From IMG/VR virus record IMGVR_UViG_3300002461_000841, positions 503 through 64,502 of that record: DNA of 64,000 nt; one strand, 5' to 3'. The translations under genes were made by a program, and so were the position numbers. Within the stretch, counting starts at the first letter, position 1. Every line of letters begins with the position of its first letter. Shown here piece by piece: positions 1 to 10,063 of this stretch. The notes beneath the pieces were generated by a model that saw only the letters and a list, made by a program, of their open reading frames with translations, did not search any database and was not told the origin of the DNA. Source of the DNA: a virus.

Positions 1-393
1 GGCCTGATCGAGCATCATCTCGTGCAGGAGCTCGCGCGGCGCACGCACGAACGGCGAGGTCGGGCGCATGTAGACCGCGAACGGCAGCCCGACCTCCATC
101 TTCACGAGCTGGCCCGTCACGACCGCCGTGGCGATGCCGCGATAGATGGTGCGCTCGTCAGCGCTGCCGTAATCGTTCCGCACGGCGTTGACGATCGGAC
201 GGAAGTACGTGGGCGTCCGCAGGGGGACAGCGGCCACGATGGATTCAGTGAGCACGGCGCGATTGCCAGCCTTCCAGGCCCCAGCGCGGCGCCGCATCGA
301 GCGTGCCTCGCGCCGTGCGAAGCGTTTGCTGATCTTGTGCGCGGGATGGATATCCGTACGCGGGCAAGCGTCATGACGACAAATTTTCTGCAT
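1..393 (-). CDS. Hypothetical protein with N-terminal Cx4Cx5Hx2H motif and probable winged helix; runs off the left edge
   Basis: Hand translation MQKICRHDACPRTDIHPAHK...VRNDYGSADERTIYRGI...; open to position 1; absent from ORF track. Confidence 0.55.
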   Translation of the reverse strand, partial: MQKICRHDACPRTDIHPAHKISKRFARREARSMRRRAGAWKAGNRAVLTESIVAAVPLRTPTYFRPIVNAVRNDYGSADERTIYRGIATAVVTGQLVKMEVGLPFAVYMRPTSPFVRAPRELLHEMMLDQA

Positions 394-767
394 GCAAGTC
401 CCCCTACGGCGCGCTCCTCCGACGGAGATCACGCCTTGCTGCGGTCGAATCACGAGCGGTTGCTTACCGACAAGCAAGCCGCGAACGTGACCGCTCACAT
501 GTAGATCGAGCGCCCATGCACGCGCAAGATTTTCTCGTGCTGAATTTTGCTGCGGTGATCTGCCCGCCCGAAAAGACATCAGCCGGTTAGGCCTTCCCCC
601 GATCAAGCTCAAGCCCTCTCAGGCGAGATCGATCAGGTTCCAGCCTACCGGCCAACGTGCTGCATGGCGGGACCGGGGCAGCACCCGGGCTTCTGGCTCA
701 GCTCGGCGGAGGCGCGTAGGAAGGACTACGCGATCCTTTCACCGCACCGAACCCCCCTACCTCGTGA

Positions 768-1304
768 CTAGGCGCGCCGGGCGGAACCCTGCGCCTTCGC
801 GGCCCCATTGGCGGGGGCCTTGTTGGTCACCGGCGGCGCCTTGACCTCGGCCTTCGGCGGCGGCGCATCCTCGAGCGGCTGCTCGTTGATGACGTTCGCG
901 AACACGCCCGCCTCGCGCGGGTTGCCGTTCTGATCGACGCCGGGCTTGCCCTCCTCGTGAACCACGGTGCCGGTGATCTGCTGGCCCATGATCTGCGAGG
1001 CCTGGAACGACGCGAGGCTCGCGCCACACGCCACCATGAGCTGCTTGAGCCGGCCCGCGCCGGGCTTCGTCGTGTAGTTGTAGTTGTTGTAGGCGCGCTG
1101 CCCCTGGCACTCGCCCTCGGCGACCTCGAACGCGACCGAGATCATCGGGTTGCCGTTGTTCGAGTTCTTGTTCTCGACGTTCACGATGGTGAACTTGTAG
1201 TCCCCCGGCGGCACGAGAGGGCGTCTTTCGCCACCCCACGCCTGGACATCATCACCACTGAGATCGAGCTCGACGTTGAAGTCATTGAATTCCTGTTCGG
1301 CCAT
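768..1304 (-). CDS. DUF669-like phage ssDNA-binding protein
   Basis: LVPPGDYKFTI...GNPMISVAFEV pattern, low-complexity tail, next to a Sak4-like ATPase. Confidence 0.7.
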   Translation of the reverse strand: MAEQEFNDFNVELDLSGDDVQAWGGERRPLVPPGDYKFTIVNVENKNSNNGNPMISVAFEVAEGECQGQRAYNNYNYTTKPGAGRLKQLMVACGASLASFQASQIMGQQITGTVVHEEGKPGVDQNGNPREAGVFANVINEQPLEDAPPPKAEVKAPPVTNKAPANGAAKAQGSARRA

Positions 1305-1337
1305 CTTCCATTGTCCTTGTTGTGCCCCCTCGGGCGG

Positions 1338-2249
1338 TTAGCGCTGCTTCACCGCCGACGTGACCGTCGGCTTCGTGACCTGAGTGACGACCGGGAACAC
1401 CTTGGGGGTGGTAGCGGCCTTAGCAGCCGGCGGCGTGGCCGGCGCTGCGGGGCCCCCGCCGATGCGGGGAATCGCGATCGGCTTGGGCAAGAGCTTGCGA
1501 AGCGCAGCAGGATCATACCCGAGCGCGGTGATGAACGTGGAGTAGTCACCGATCAACGGATCGGGCAAGTTGTCGGCCTGCTCGCCGAGGCGGTTGCCGC
1601 AGATGTACGCGCCCCACTGGCGCGTGCGCATCTCATGCGCGACGACTTCCGTCTTGCCGTTGACCTGCTTGGTGTTGACCCGCGTGTGTACGAGGTAGTC
1701 GACACCGGCGGCGAACTTGTCCCCCTGCTTGCCGGGGATGAGCGGGCGGCCCTTGGGATCGTCCTCGTCGGGATGCTTGCAGAGCGTGTTCCACACAACG
1801 CTGGCGCCGAGCCCGTGCGTCGCCACGCGGAGCTCGCGAAGGTGCACGCCAAGGTCACCGTAGAGCCGGCGCGGATCGACAGCCTTGCCGCCGGCCGTCT
1901 GGATGTTGGTGAGGAACGATAGGTAGAGGTCGATGTAGAACGAGAACGCATCGACGACGATCGTCTTGATGCGCCCCGCCGCGATCAACGGCTTCACGCG
2001 CTCGCGGATCTGGAACATGTCGTTCATCGATTCGATGCCCCAGATCACCGGCGGCACATCGGGCTCGAAGAACGCGGCAGGATTCATGCGTTGGACGGTC
2101 TGGTACCCACCCTCGGCCACATCCGCGATGATGAGTGGCCGCGGGCATGTGGCACCCCAGCGCGTCTTGCCCGTGCGCGTGTCACCGTGCGCGAGCATGG
2201 TGAACACGGGAAACTGATCAGGCGGTTCGACTAGAGCGATGTCGCGCAT
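1338..2249 (-). CDS. AAA_24/Sak4-like ATPase (ssDNA annealing)
   Basis: Walker A GDTRTGKT, Walker B IVVDAFS; start moved to ATG 2249. Confidence 0.75.
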   Translation of the reverse strand: MRDIALVEPPDQFPVFTMLAHGDTRTGKTRWGATCPRPLIIADVAEGGYQTVQRMNPAAFFEPDVPPVIWGIESMNDMFQIRERVKPLIAAGRIKTIVVDAFSFYIDLYLSFLTNIQTAGGKAVDPRRLYGDLGVHLRELRVATHGLGASVVWNTLCKHPDEDDPKGRPLIPGKQGDKFAAGVDYLVHTRVNTKQVNGKTEVVAHEMRTRQWGAYICGNRLGEQADNLPDPLIGDYSTFITALGYDPAALRKLLPKPIAIPRIGGGPAAPATPPAAKAATTPKVFPVVTQVTKPTVTSAVKQR

Positions 2250-2518
2250 ACGGAGTGCTCCTTGGCGGTCTTGCCACGCTGGCTGCGCGGCGGTTCGGGC
2301 GGTGGCACCTGCCCCTTCTCGATCGTGCGATCGCAGTCGGTGCAGATCCCGGAGTGATCGACGAGCTTGACGACGTGGCCCCGACAATACGGGCAGCGAA
2401 TGTGCACACCAGCATGAGCCGGGTGAAACTCGTCAACAGGACAGTGCTCGCTACGACAGGGCTTGATGACGCCGATCATGTCGCTATCGTGCCGGTCCCG
2501 ATTGGCCTTGGTACTCAC
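2231..2518 (-). CDS. Small Zn-binding protein (Cx4Cx5Hx2H plus CxxC..CxxC ribbon)
   Basis: CRSEHCPVDEFHPAH, CPYC, CTDC; promoter box directly upstream. Confidence 0.55.
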   Translation of the reverse strand: MSTKANRDRHDSDMIGVIKPCRSEHCPVDEFHPAHAGVHIRCPYCRGHVVKLVDHSGICTDCDRTIEKGQVPPPEPPRSQRGKTAKEHSVCATSL

Positions 2519-2569
2519 GAGGGGCGTCACCCTAACGCATGGGGCTGACAGCGGAGGGGCCATTTGGGG

Positions 2570-3643
2570 CTACTCGGCCGATTCTGTGGGCAGCTCGATG
2601 CGCTCGCCGGTCGCGCAGTGATCGAACCAGTCGCACATGCCGTGACGATCGACGCAGTTGCGCCGTGACCGCGGAAAGCGCCCTGTCGCCCGCGCGAGCG
2701 CCATCTCGGCGGCTTGCTGGCGCAGATCCTCGCGATGCGAGCTGGCGGTGAACGCGCTCGGCGCGATGATCGTACGGTGGAACTGAATCTCCTTGGGCTG
2801 CTTGCCCGTAATGTTGACGATAACGCCCTTGAGCGCGCCCCAGCGCTTGTCGAGCTTGAGGCGCTCCCACAGGTCCATCTGCCCGAGCACCTCGCCCTCG
2901 TTGCCCCAACCATTGAGCGTCGAGTAGTCGAAGCGCGCGGCGGTCTTGTGCTCGAGGATGTACGTGCCGGCGGGGCGGCCGGCAACCTCGTGCGGATAGA
3001 ACGCGATCAAGTCGTAGCGGCACGACTCGCCCGTGCGGGGATCGACGAGATCCTGCTCGACGGCGAGCGGCACGATCTGCTCGTGCTTGTAGTAGAGCAT
3101 GTACGCCTGCGCGATCCGCCAGGCCTCGGCGATGTATGCAGGCTCCGAGAGCCCGTGGAGCTCAGCATGCAGCCCCTCAGGGCTCAGCGGATAACTAGGA
3201 TCGATCATGCGCTGGTAGTAGATCGCGAGGAACGTGTGGAAGAGCCCGCCGATCGCGAGTGCTGCGGCCTCGATGTGCATCGCCGGCTGCGCCCGATCAA
3301 GATAGCGGAGCTTCCACGCGTACCGGCACCGCTGCCAGAGCCCCCATGACGACCACCCCGTGCCCGTCGACGGCCCGCCGAGGCGGGGCAATCCGTACTT
3401 GGCGAACACCTGCATCGTCGCTTCGTCCGTCGGCATGAAGTTTCCGACGAAGAACGCGCGCTGCCTGTTGATCACGATCGGGCTGACGGGTTGATCGTTA
3501 TCGAGCGCGATCCCGTAGGAATCCGTGTAGAGCACCTCACAGTCCGGGACCTCGGGATGCTCCTGGCGCCCGTCCTCGAGCGGCGTGAGATCACGCCCGC
3601 AAAGAAAGCACGTCGAGATGCGCGGCGCGCGACGAATCTGCAT
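2570..3643 (-). CDS. PD-(D/E)XK exonuclease (RecB/AddB/Cas4-like fold)
   Basis: RYDLIA...ILEHKT catalytic motifs; 1+3 Cys pattern (QRC...NC...MCDWFDHC). Confidence 0.75.
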   Translation of the reverse strand: MQIRRAPRISTCFLCGRDLTPLEDGRQEHPEVPDCEVLYTDSYGIALDNDQPVSPIVINRQRAFFVGNFMPTDEATMQVFAKYGLPRLGGPSTGTGWSSWGLWQRCRYAWKLRYLDRAQPAMHIEAAALAIGGLFHTFLAIYYQRMIDPSYPLSPEGLHAELHGLSEPAYIAEAWRIAQAYMLYYKHEQIVPLAVEQDLVDPRTGESCRYDLIAFYPHEVAGRPAGTYILEHKTAARFDYSTLNGWGNEGEVLGQMDLWERLKLDKRWGALKGVIVNITGKQPKEIQFHRTIIAPSAFTASSHREDLRQQAAEMALARATGRFPRSRRNCVDRHGMCDWFDHCATGERIELPTESAE

Positions 3644-3971
3644 CGGGGGCTACCCTACTCGATGGGGCTGACATCGCGGTCCGCAGTCGAGGCATGCGAT
3701 AGCCATACGTTGGATTCCCGGCGGGCGGCCCAGCCTCAAGGACTACCCGCTCGATGACACCCGCCGCCGCGTAGCGTTGAACCACCCGATAGAACGTTCG
3801 CAGGCCCAACACCCCAAAGTTGTTGAGCACGCGATCATAGAGCTCACGTGACTTGATCGGGTAGTACCCGAGGCTACGCCGTCGGGGGCGGATCGCAGGG
3901 CGTGTGCCGGTAGAGGCATCGCTTGCGCAACCCTGATTGCACGACAGCGACGATCTGTTTGCACTTCGCAC
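3591..3971 (-). CDS. Probable winged-helix protein, paralogous to 1..393; 5' end uncertain
   Basis: RVLNNFGVLGLRTFYRVV resembles VRNDYGSADERTIYRGI. Confidence 0.4.
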   Translation of the reverse strand: MRSANRSSLSCNQGCASDASTGTRPAIRPRRRSLGYYPIKSRELYDRVLNNFGVLGLRTFYRVVQRYAAAGVIERVVLEAGPPAGNPTYGYRMPRLRTAMSAPSSRVAPDADSSRAAHLDVLSLRA

Positions 3972-3997
3972 AACGTTGTGAAGCCGACACGCGCCGT

Positions 3998-5617
3998 TTA
4001 CGCCGAGGCAAGGAAATCCTCCATGAGCCGATCAACGTCACCAACCTCGTCAGGGCCCATGATGGCCGTGCGCAAGGCGTCGATCGAATCGACGGCCGCA
4101 CCGACTCCGAGCGGATCAGCGGCCGACAGTTTGGTGATGAGCGCCCGGATGATGCGCTGATCGGTGAGGTGATCAGCGACGACGAAAATGATGTCCATCC
4201 CGCGCTGCGGGTTGTGCGACGGGAACGTGCGCATCTCGGCCTGCCCGATCACGGCCGGCGTGTAGTCGAGCTCGGCGAAGATCGCAACGGGTTTCGACGT
4301 CGGCGCGTGCGAGAGGTCAATGCCGACCTGGCCCACGGCCATCGTCGCGACGAGGAGCCCATTCGAGCACTGCCGCCACGCCTCGATCCGCCGATCGCGC
4401 TCGGCGGCGGCGATGTCGCCGTGGATCACCCATACCTCGTCGATCGGGCTCGACGCGTCGCGCGCGATCTGATTCGCGAAGTCCTTGTGCCAGGTCCACA
4501 CCACGACGGGGTGCCCGGCGGAGCGCAAGCGCGCGGCCTCGTTCGTGACGGTCTTGAGCTTCACACCTGTCACCTGCCGCCGATACGCGGCAAGGTGCGC
4601 GGCCGTGTTCGAGCGCTCGCTGAGGAGATGCCCCGCGAGGATGTCGAGCTTGTTGCGTTCGGTCTGGGGCACCGGAGCGATGATGATGCTGCGCGAGATC
4701 GGGGGCATCTCCTCCGTCACGTCCATCCACTTCCGACGCAGCATGATCTCGCCAAGGCGCGCGCGCAGCTCGGGCCCGTGTGAGAGGCCCGTGTAAACGG
4801 TGCCGTATCCAGACGACTCCGGTGCGCCATAGCGGTTCGCGAAGTCGTAGAAGCTCCCGAAGCCCTTCGGCGCGACGAGCGACAAGATCATCCAGAAGTC
4901 TGGGGGCAGGTCCCACACCGGCGTGCCCGTCATCGCGACGACGTTCTGCGCCTTGGCGGCGATGATCGACGCGGCAACGGCGCGCTTCGTCTTGTGGTTC
5001 GTCAGCGCATGGGCCTCGTCGAACACGACACGTCCATACTCCGACGGGCGCTGCCAGAAACGCAAGATGTCGTAGTGCGCGAACACGAGCGGTTTCTTCG
5101 CTGTTTCGACATCAAATTTCGTGCCGGTGAACACCCCGATCTCGGTATCGGGCCAGAGCTTGCGCATCCACCCGAGCCACACCCCGCGCGCCGGCAACGG
5201 CGCGACGACCACGAGCGGCCCATCGGCTGGATCGTGCGCCATGAGCGCGGATAGCGTCTTGCCGAGGCGCATGTCGTCGCCGAGAAGGGCCCCGCGCCGC
5301 TTGCCGAGGAACGCGGCGGCGTCGAGCTGGGTCGCACGCGGCGTGATGCCGCGCTCGGCGAGGCGCGCTACGAGGGCGTCGCGCGGTTCGGGGTTGCGCG
5401 ACGCGAACTCGAGCGTCAAGCGCGCAGCCTCGCTAGCCTCGATGAGCGGTAGCACGTTGCGATGGATGTGCCCGCTCACGATTGCCTCGACGCCTTGGAC
5501 GCCGCCCTTGAGCGCCGGGACGAGTCCAGGGATGCCACGCCGCGCGAGATCGCGCGCGATGTCGCACGAGACCCAGAACCAATCTGGGCCGTGACGGCGA
5601 TCGGCTGGCTTGATCAC
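3998..5617 (-). CDS. SNF2-family (SF2) helicase
   Basis: DDMRLGKT, FDEAH, MTGTP, GIDL, QAEMR motifs. Confidence 0.85.
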   Translation of the reverse strand: MIKPADRRHGPDWFWVSCDIARDLARRGIPGLVPALKGGVQGVEAIVSGHIHRNVLPLIEASEAARLTLEFASRNPEPRDALVARLAERGITPRATQLDAAAFLGKRRGALLGDDMRLGKTLSALMAHDPADGPLVVVAPLPARGVWLGWMRKLWPDTEIGVFTGTKFDVETAKKPLVFAHYDILRFWQRPSEYGRVVFDEAHALTNHKTKRAVAASIIAAKAQNVVAMTGTPVWDLPPDFWMILSLVAPKGFGSFYDFANRYGAPESSGYGTVYTGLSHGPELRARLGEIMLRRKWMDVTEEMPPISRSIIIAPVPQTERNKLDILAGHLLSERSNTAAHLAAYRRQVTGVKLKTVTNEAARLRSAGHPVVVWTWHKDFANQIARDASSPIDEVWVIHGDIAAAERDRRIEAWRQCSNGLLVATMAVGQVGIDLSHAPTSKPVAIFAELDYTPAVIGQAEMRTFPSHNPQRGMDIIFVVADHLTDQRIIRALITKLSAADPLGVGAAVDSIDALRTAIMGPDEVGDVDRLMEDFLASA

Positions 5618-5946
5618 AGACCGGGCCCACGCTCAAGATAGATTCGATTCGCGCGCACGAAATGCTTCCACGTATGCCGCCCCATGCCCCAGGTCAACGT
5701 GCTGTCAAGCCTTCGACTGGTTACGGTCACGTGCCCATCACGATCGGCACGAATGATCTCTAGCTGCTTGCCCGGCGGTTCGATCCACACCTGCCCGACC
5801 TGGGGCGCGATGTCGCGGGTTCGACGGTGGAGGCGGTACCAGTAGAGCCATTGCCAGCCGATCGCCACTAGCGCCGCAAGGAGGCCGAGCCCCACGAGCG
5901 AGATGACGACGAGCTTGAGCCACCCGAGAATGCGCCAGGGATCCAT
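5614..5946 (-). CDS. Hypothetical membrane protein
   Basis: N-terminal hydrophobic segment; box+TAGCTT promoter upstream. Confidence 0.5.
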   Translation of the reverse strand: MDPWRILGWLKLVVISLVGLGLLAALVAIGWQWLYWYRLHRRTRDIAPQVGQVWIEPPGKQLEIIRADRDGHVTVTSRRLDSTLTWGMGRHTWKHFVRANRIYLERGPGL

Positions 5947-5957
5947 CGTTGGACGCC

Positions 5958-5996
5958 AAGCTATCGTGTCGGGCTGACAGCCCTACGCGGTAAGGT
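5958..5996. promoter_or_regulatory. Bidirectional virus-specific promoter on the dyad GGGCTG-A-CAGCCC
   Basis: + strand CTGACA-11-TAAGGT; - strand CTGTCA-11-TAGCTT. Confidence 0.65.
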
Positions 5997-6009
5997 GCCC
6001 GACTCGCGA

Positions 6010-7565
6010 ATGGGCTCGACCGCGATCACGCTACAAGCCGCGATTCAGCGCCAACGGATCGACCGGATCCGGCGGGATAAACGCATGGATCAACGGGCGC
6101 GCCTGCTCGCACTCTGGAACTACGTGCTCGTCAACGAGCTCACCGAGGGCTCGACGTTCCTGGTCTCCGAACCCGACAAGCGCTGCTACATCGTCCTTGG
6201 CAGCTCGAACGAAGCGATCCGCTTGCCAGCGAAGCACGGCGATCGGTGGAACGCCTACTTCGCTACATCTACGAGGTACTCCGCGCGCACATCCTCGAGA
6301 ACGGCACCCACGTCGAGCTCCGGCGCTTCTCCGCGTTCAGTCGCGCGACCAAGACCGCGTACCTGTCGCAGTACAACGGCAGCATCTGGAAGATCGAAGG
6401 CTCCGAGGCGATCACCGCCGAGCCCAACGGCGTCGATGGCGTGTTCTTCGCCGACGACGACATCATCGACGCCGATCCGAAGTCGGTACACGTCGATCCG
6501 GACATCGGCCCCCACGGGATGCTGCTTCCGCGCCTGCTCACCATGAACTTCGCGACGACGGGCCTAGGCGGCATCACGCCCGAACAACAGCGCATGGCGC
6601 TCACGGTGTGGTTGTTCTGCCTCGCGTTCCCCGACATCATGCCGACCAAGCCCATCCTGCTCGTCGAGGGCGTGCGCGGCTCGGGCAAGAGCGCCAGCAT
6701 GAAGTTCATCCAGCTCGCGCTGATGGGCCAGATGCACCCGATGATCATGCAGAAGTCGAAAGAGGACGACTTCGGCGTGGTCCTGCTCCGGGCGCCGATC
6801 GCTCTCTTCGACAACATGGACAACTACATCGAGTGGGTCCCCGACGCGATCTGCGCCTACACGACCTCGGGCGTGTGGACCCGTCGCCGGCTCTACAGCG
6901 ACGACGACTCGATGACGATCCGCCCGCACGCGTTCATCGCGGTCTCGACGCGCAATCCAGCGAGCTTCCGCCGTGATGACGTAGCCGATCGGTGCATCAT
7001 CATTCGCCTCGAGCGCATCTTGGAGTTCATCCCCGAGGAACAGCTCAAGGCGCGGATCTTGGAGGAGCGCCCCAAGCTCCTCGGTGAGTACATCTGGTAC
7101 ATCGGCAAGATCGTCGACGAGCTACGCAAGGATGCGCTCGGCGTGCGCGGCGAGACCCACCGCATGGCCGACTTCGCGCTCATGGCGCGCGCGATCGGGC
7201 GCGTGATGGGATGGACCGACGCTGACGTCGATGGGCTCATGATCGCGCTGCAGGACGAACGCGACGCCTTCATCAACGAGGACGATCCGCTCATCGAGCT
7301 GCTCGAGATGTGGCTCTCGTACAAGGCCAACTCCGGGATCAAGAACGCGGGTCGCATCATGACGGCGACACAGTTGCACTCGGAGCTCGACACGCTCGCC
7401 CAGGCGAAGAACCTCACATGGCGCGCGTCGGCACGCTCACTATCGCAGCACCTACGCGCGCCACACCTAGAGAAGCTGTTCCTGATCGATCCGGTGACCG
7501 TGCACGGCAGCAAGGGCTTCCGCATCTACCGCCAGACCGAGACCCCGTTGGAGATCGTGGGCTAG
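6010..7565 (+). pseudogene. SF3/D5-like replicative NTPase-helicase with a frameshift near 6246-6262
   Basis: Walker A GVRGSGKS and Walker B LFDN in the 6246 frame; the plausible N-terminus lies in the 5995 frame and turns into S/R/T-rich shadow after WNAYF. Confidence 0.6.
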
Positions 7566-7588
7566 CTGTCAGCCCCACGCGCTAGGGT
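7566..7588 (+). promoter_or_regulatory. TGWCA-box promoter
   Basis: CTGTCA-GCCCCACGCGC-TAGGGT. Confidence 0.65.
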
Positions 7589-7596
7589 TGCGCGTC

Positions 7597-8211
7597 GTGA
7601 AGCAGCAAGGCCGCAAGCCGCCTAGGCGCCGCCAACCCGCGCGCCCGAAGCTCGACGCCGACATGCGCGAGCTCATGACCGTGCTGGCCGAGAACAAGCT
7701 CGACGACTTCGACGCGCAATTTGAGGCCCCATGGCGTGATGGCTGGAACACCGTCGCGCTTTTGTTCGAGGAAGCAATTGCTCGCGGTATCGACCAGGTG
7801 TTTGAAGGCCCCGGGTGGAGCGCGCAACTAGCGCTGTGGATTACCGACCGACTCGTTTCGCCGGACGTCTACCGCCAAGCGGAGCTGATGGAAGTTGGGG
7901 CCCTTCGCGAGCTCATGACGCGCGCGATCGACGCATATGGCCTGCGAGCAATCGCGCTTGCCGCGCGCTGCGCGCAGTTGGTCACCGCCAACACGAGCGC
8001 CGGCGGGCACGCCTTCAATCCGCTGCTCAAGCGATTCTACTCAACGGTGATAGCGACACCAACCGAGCTGAAGCGCATCCGCAAGCACCGCTGCAACGAT
8101 GCCGTCGGGATCGAGCGCGAAGATCACAAGAACGACCGCGAACGTCGCGCCTTCAACATCGCCTGGGAGCGTGGACTCTATCGGGCGGCCTATGCCATCA
8201 AGGGGACCTAG
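7597..8211 (+). CDS. Hypothetical protein
   Basis: GTG 8 nt after TAGGGT; normal composition. Confidence 0.6.
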   Translation: MKQQGRKPPRRRQPARPKLDADMRELMTVLAENKLDDFDAQFEAPWRDGWNTVALLFEEAIARGIDQVFEGPGWSAQLALWITDRLVSPDVYRQAELMEVGALRELMTRAIDAYGLRAIALAARCAQLVTANTSAGGHAFNPLLKRFYSTVIATPTELKRIRKHRCNDAVGIEREDHKNDRERRAFNIAWERGLYRAAYAIKGT

Positions 8212-8529
8212 ATGAAGATCCAGAACGTGATTGTGGTGTACGACGTCTACGTCGCGACGGGCGACGGTGAGGATGCAGGCGAGAACGCGCGCGCGGCCGT
8301 GCTCGAGTTCATCCGCGACGCGGAGCAACCGCTCGCGGTCAGCGAACAGAATGCGCTGCCCGTGACCAACGAGCGCTCGATCCGCGACGCATGGCGCGGC
8401 GAGAAGATCATCGTCGCGCGCTGCGTGTCCGATGCGGACTACGAGAAGATCAAGGGCAAGAGCACCCTCGACGTGTTCAACATGCTCCACACCAAGGCCG
8501 GCAAGGACGCCGCAGCCAAGCCGAAGTAA
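8212..8529 (+). CDS. Hypothetical protein
   Basis: Abuts previous stop; typical codon use. Confidence 0.6.
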   Translation: MKIQNVIVVYDVYVATGDGEDAGENARAAVLEFIRDAEQPLAVSEQNALPVTNERSIRDAWRGEKIIVARCVSDADYEKIKGKSTLDVFNMLHTKAGKDAAAKPK

Positions 8530-8530
8530 G

Positions 8531-8818
8531 ATGCCAGCCGTTCGCGACTTCGTGTTGCCCGAGCATCGCACGGCGTTCAGGGCGCTCTTGTTCGAGGTGG
8601 TCCAATGCCATCCCGAGGCTACCGTGATCATGACGACGATCGCCGATCGGTGCGCCGCGCATCCCGAACGTTGGGCGCGTGATCTTCAACGGAGCGCGCG
8701 GTTCAAAGACATCGTGCGGCATACACTGTCGAGCCTTAGAGAGGCTGGCAAGATCCGTTGCTTGAACCGCGGGCTCCGTGCCCATTGGAAGGTGATCGAT
8801 GGCGACACAAGCCCGTAG
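8531..8818 (+). CDS. Possible winged-helix protein
   Basis: VRHTLSSLREAGKIR...HWKV wing-like ending. Confidence 0.45.
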   Translation: MPAVRDFVLPEHRTAFRALLFEVVQCHPEATVIMTTIADRCAAHPERWARDLQRSARFKDIVRHTLSSLREAGKIRCLNRGLRAHWKVIDGDTSP

Positions 8819-9422
8819 GCCATACCCGCTACAGTGGCCCGAAGGCTGGAAACGCACGACGAATCGCCTCCGTCCAGCGTTCGGTTCTGGGCAGTTCACG
8901 AAGGTGCGGGACTCGGTGATCCGCTCGCTTCGTAAGCGTGGCTCGTTCGTCGTGATCACGTCGAACCTACCGACGAACAGCAAGGGCCTGCCGATCAACA
9001 TCGCGACCGAGGATCCGGGCGTCGCTGTATGGTGGGTGCACCAAGGGCGCGACCACGTGATCGCGTGTGATCGCTGGCGGTCAGCCGCGCTGAACCTGCG
9101 TGCGATCGACATGACCCTCACCGCGATGCGCGGCATCGATCGTTGGGGCACCGGGGAGATGGCCGAGCGCACCTACGCGGGCTTTGCGGCTCTTCCACCC
9201 GGTGCACCGGCGGATCCGGCTGGCAAGCGTCCGTGGCGCGAGGTGCTCAGTGGAGGCGGTGAATGGCCGGTCAACTGGCCGAACGACGACATCCTAGCCC
9301 TCGCCAAGTCGCGCTATCGCCGCGCGATGGGCATCCACCATCCCGATCATGGTGGTTCGGTTGCGCTCGCCGCCGAGCTCACCATTGCCATGCAAGAAGC
9401 CGAAGAGGAATTGACCAGATGA
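8799..9422 (+). CDS. Phage J-domain protein
   Basis: PLQWPEGWKRT N-terminus; C-terminal YRRAM..HHPDHGGS (HPD motif). Confidence 0.8.
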   Translation: MATQARRPYPLQWPEGWKRTTNRLRPAFGSGQFTKVRDSVIRSLRKRGSFVVITSNLPTNSKGLPINIATEDPGVAVWWVHQGRDHVIACDRWRSAALNLRAIDMTLTAMRGIDRWGTGEMAERTYAGFAALPPGAPADPAGKRPWREVLSGGGEWPVNWPNDDILALAKSRYRRAMGIHHPDHGGSVALAAELTIAMQEAEEELTR

Positions 9423-10063
9423 AGTACCGTCGAGAAGTTATCGTTGAGGCCGTTCAGTACAAGCTCGATGATGACGTTTCAGTGGAGGCGATTCGAGCGC
9501 TGGCAGACGCCAACGCGATCGTGAACGCCCGCAAGGAATGCGTCGTCTACACCGCGAGCAACGTGTTCACGCTCACCGGCGGGCGCTGGCTCGTGAAGCA
9601 TGGCCCTGGCGACTTCTCGACGTGGGGCGACGTCGAGTTTCGACGCGACTACATGCCGGCCGACAACCTTGTTGTCGCGAAGCACACGCCGATGCCGGAG
9701 GAGCGCCCCGGCACCACGCACCCATTCAAGCTCCACTACAAGCACAGCAACGGCGTCGGGGATGTGATGAAGTTCTACTTCACCGCTTCGACGTACCCCA
9801 GTGGCCAGCTCGGCGAGGTGTTCGTCAAGGCAGACAAGAGCGGCTCGCTCGCGAGCGGCGCGCTCCAAGTCGTATCGATCTTGATATCCGTCGCGTTGCA
9901 GCATGGCGTGCCGCTCAAGGCGATCCTCTCCAAGCTCCGCCACACGAAGTTCAAACCTGACGGCTTCACCGGCGATCCGGAGTTCCCGTCGTGTGACTCT
10001 CCGGTCGACCTACTCGCGCAGTGGCTCGAGAAGCGATTCATACCCAAGGAGCCAAATCAGTGA
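9419..10063 (+). CDS. Fusion of a small phage domain with a TSCPD (NrdJ-associated) domain
   Basis: GEVFV...ISVALQHGVPL..ILSKL...F.P.G...S.VD pattern; ATGA overlap with previous gene. Confidence 0.6.
   Translation: MKYRREVIVEAVQYKLDDDVSVEAIRALADANAIVNARKECVVYTASNVFTLTGGRWLVKHGPGDFSTWGDVEFRRDYMPADNLVVAKHTPMPEERPGTTHPFKLHYKHSNGVGDVMKFYFTASTYPSGQLGEVFVKADKSGSLASGALQVVSILISVALQHGVPLKAILSKLRHTKFKPDGFTGDPEFPSCDSPVDLLAQWLEKRFIPKEPNQ

Noticed and set aside
2570-3643. CRISPR-associated Cas4
   Set aside because: No array or other cas genes; its place beside Sak4-like and SSB genes fits an ordinary phage exonuclease
6246-6262. Programmed -1 frameshift
   Set aside because: No XXXYYYZ slippery site or clear stimulatory structure
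7566-7588. Sigma54 (-24/-12) promoter
   Set aside because: Lacks TGGCAC and TTGC; the downstream element is TAnnnT
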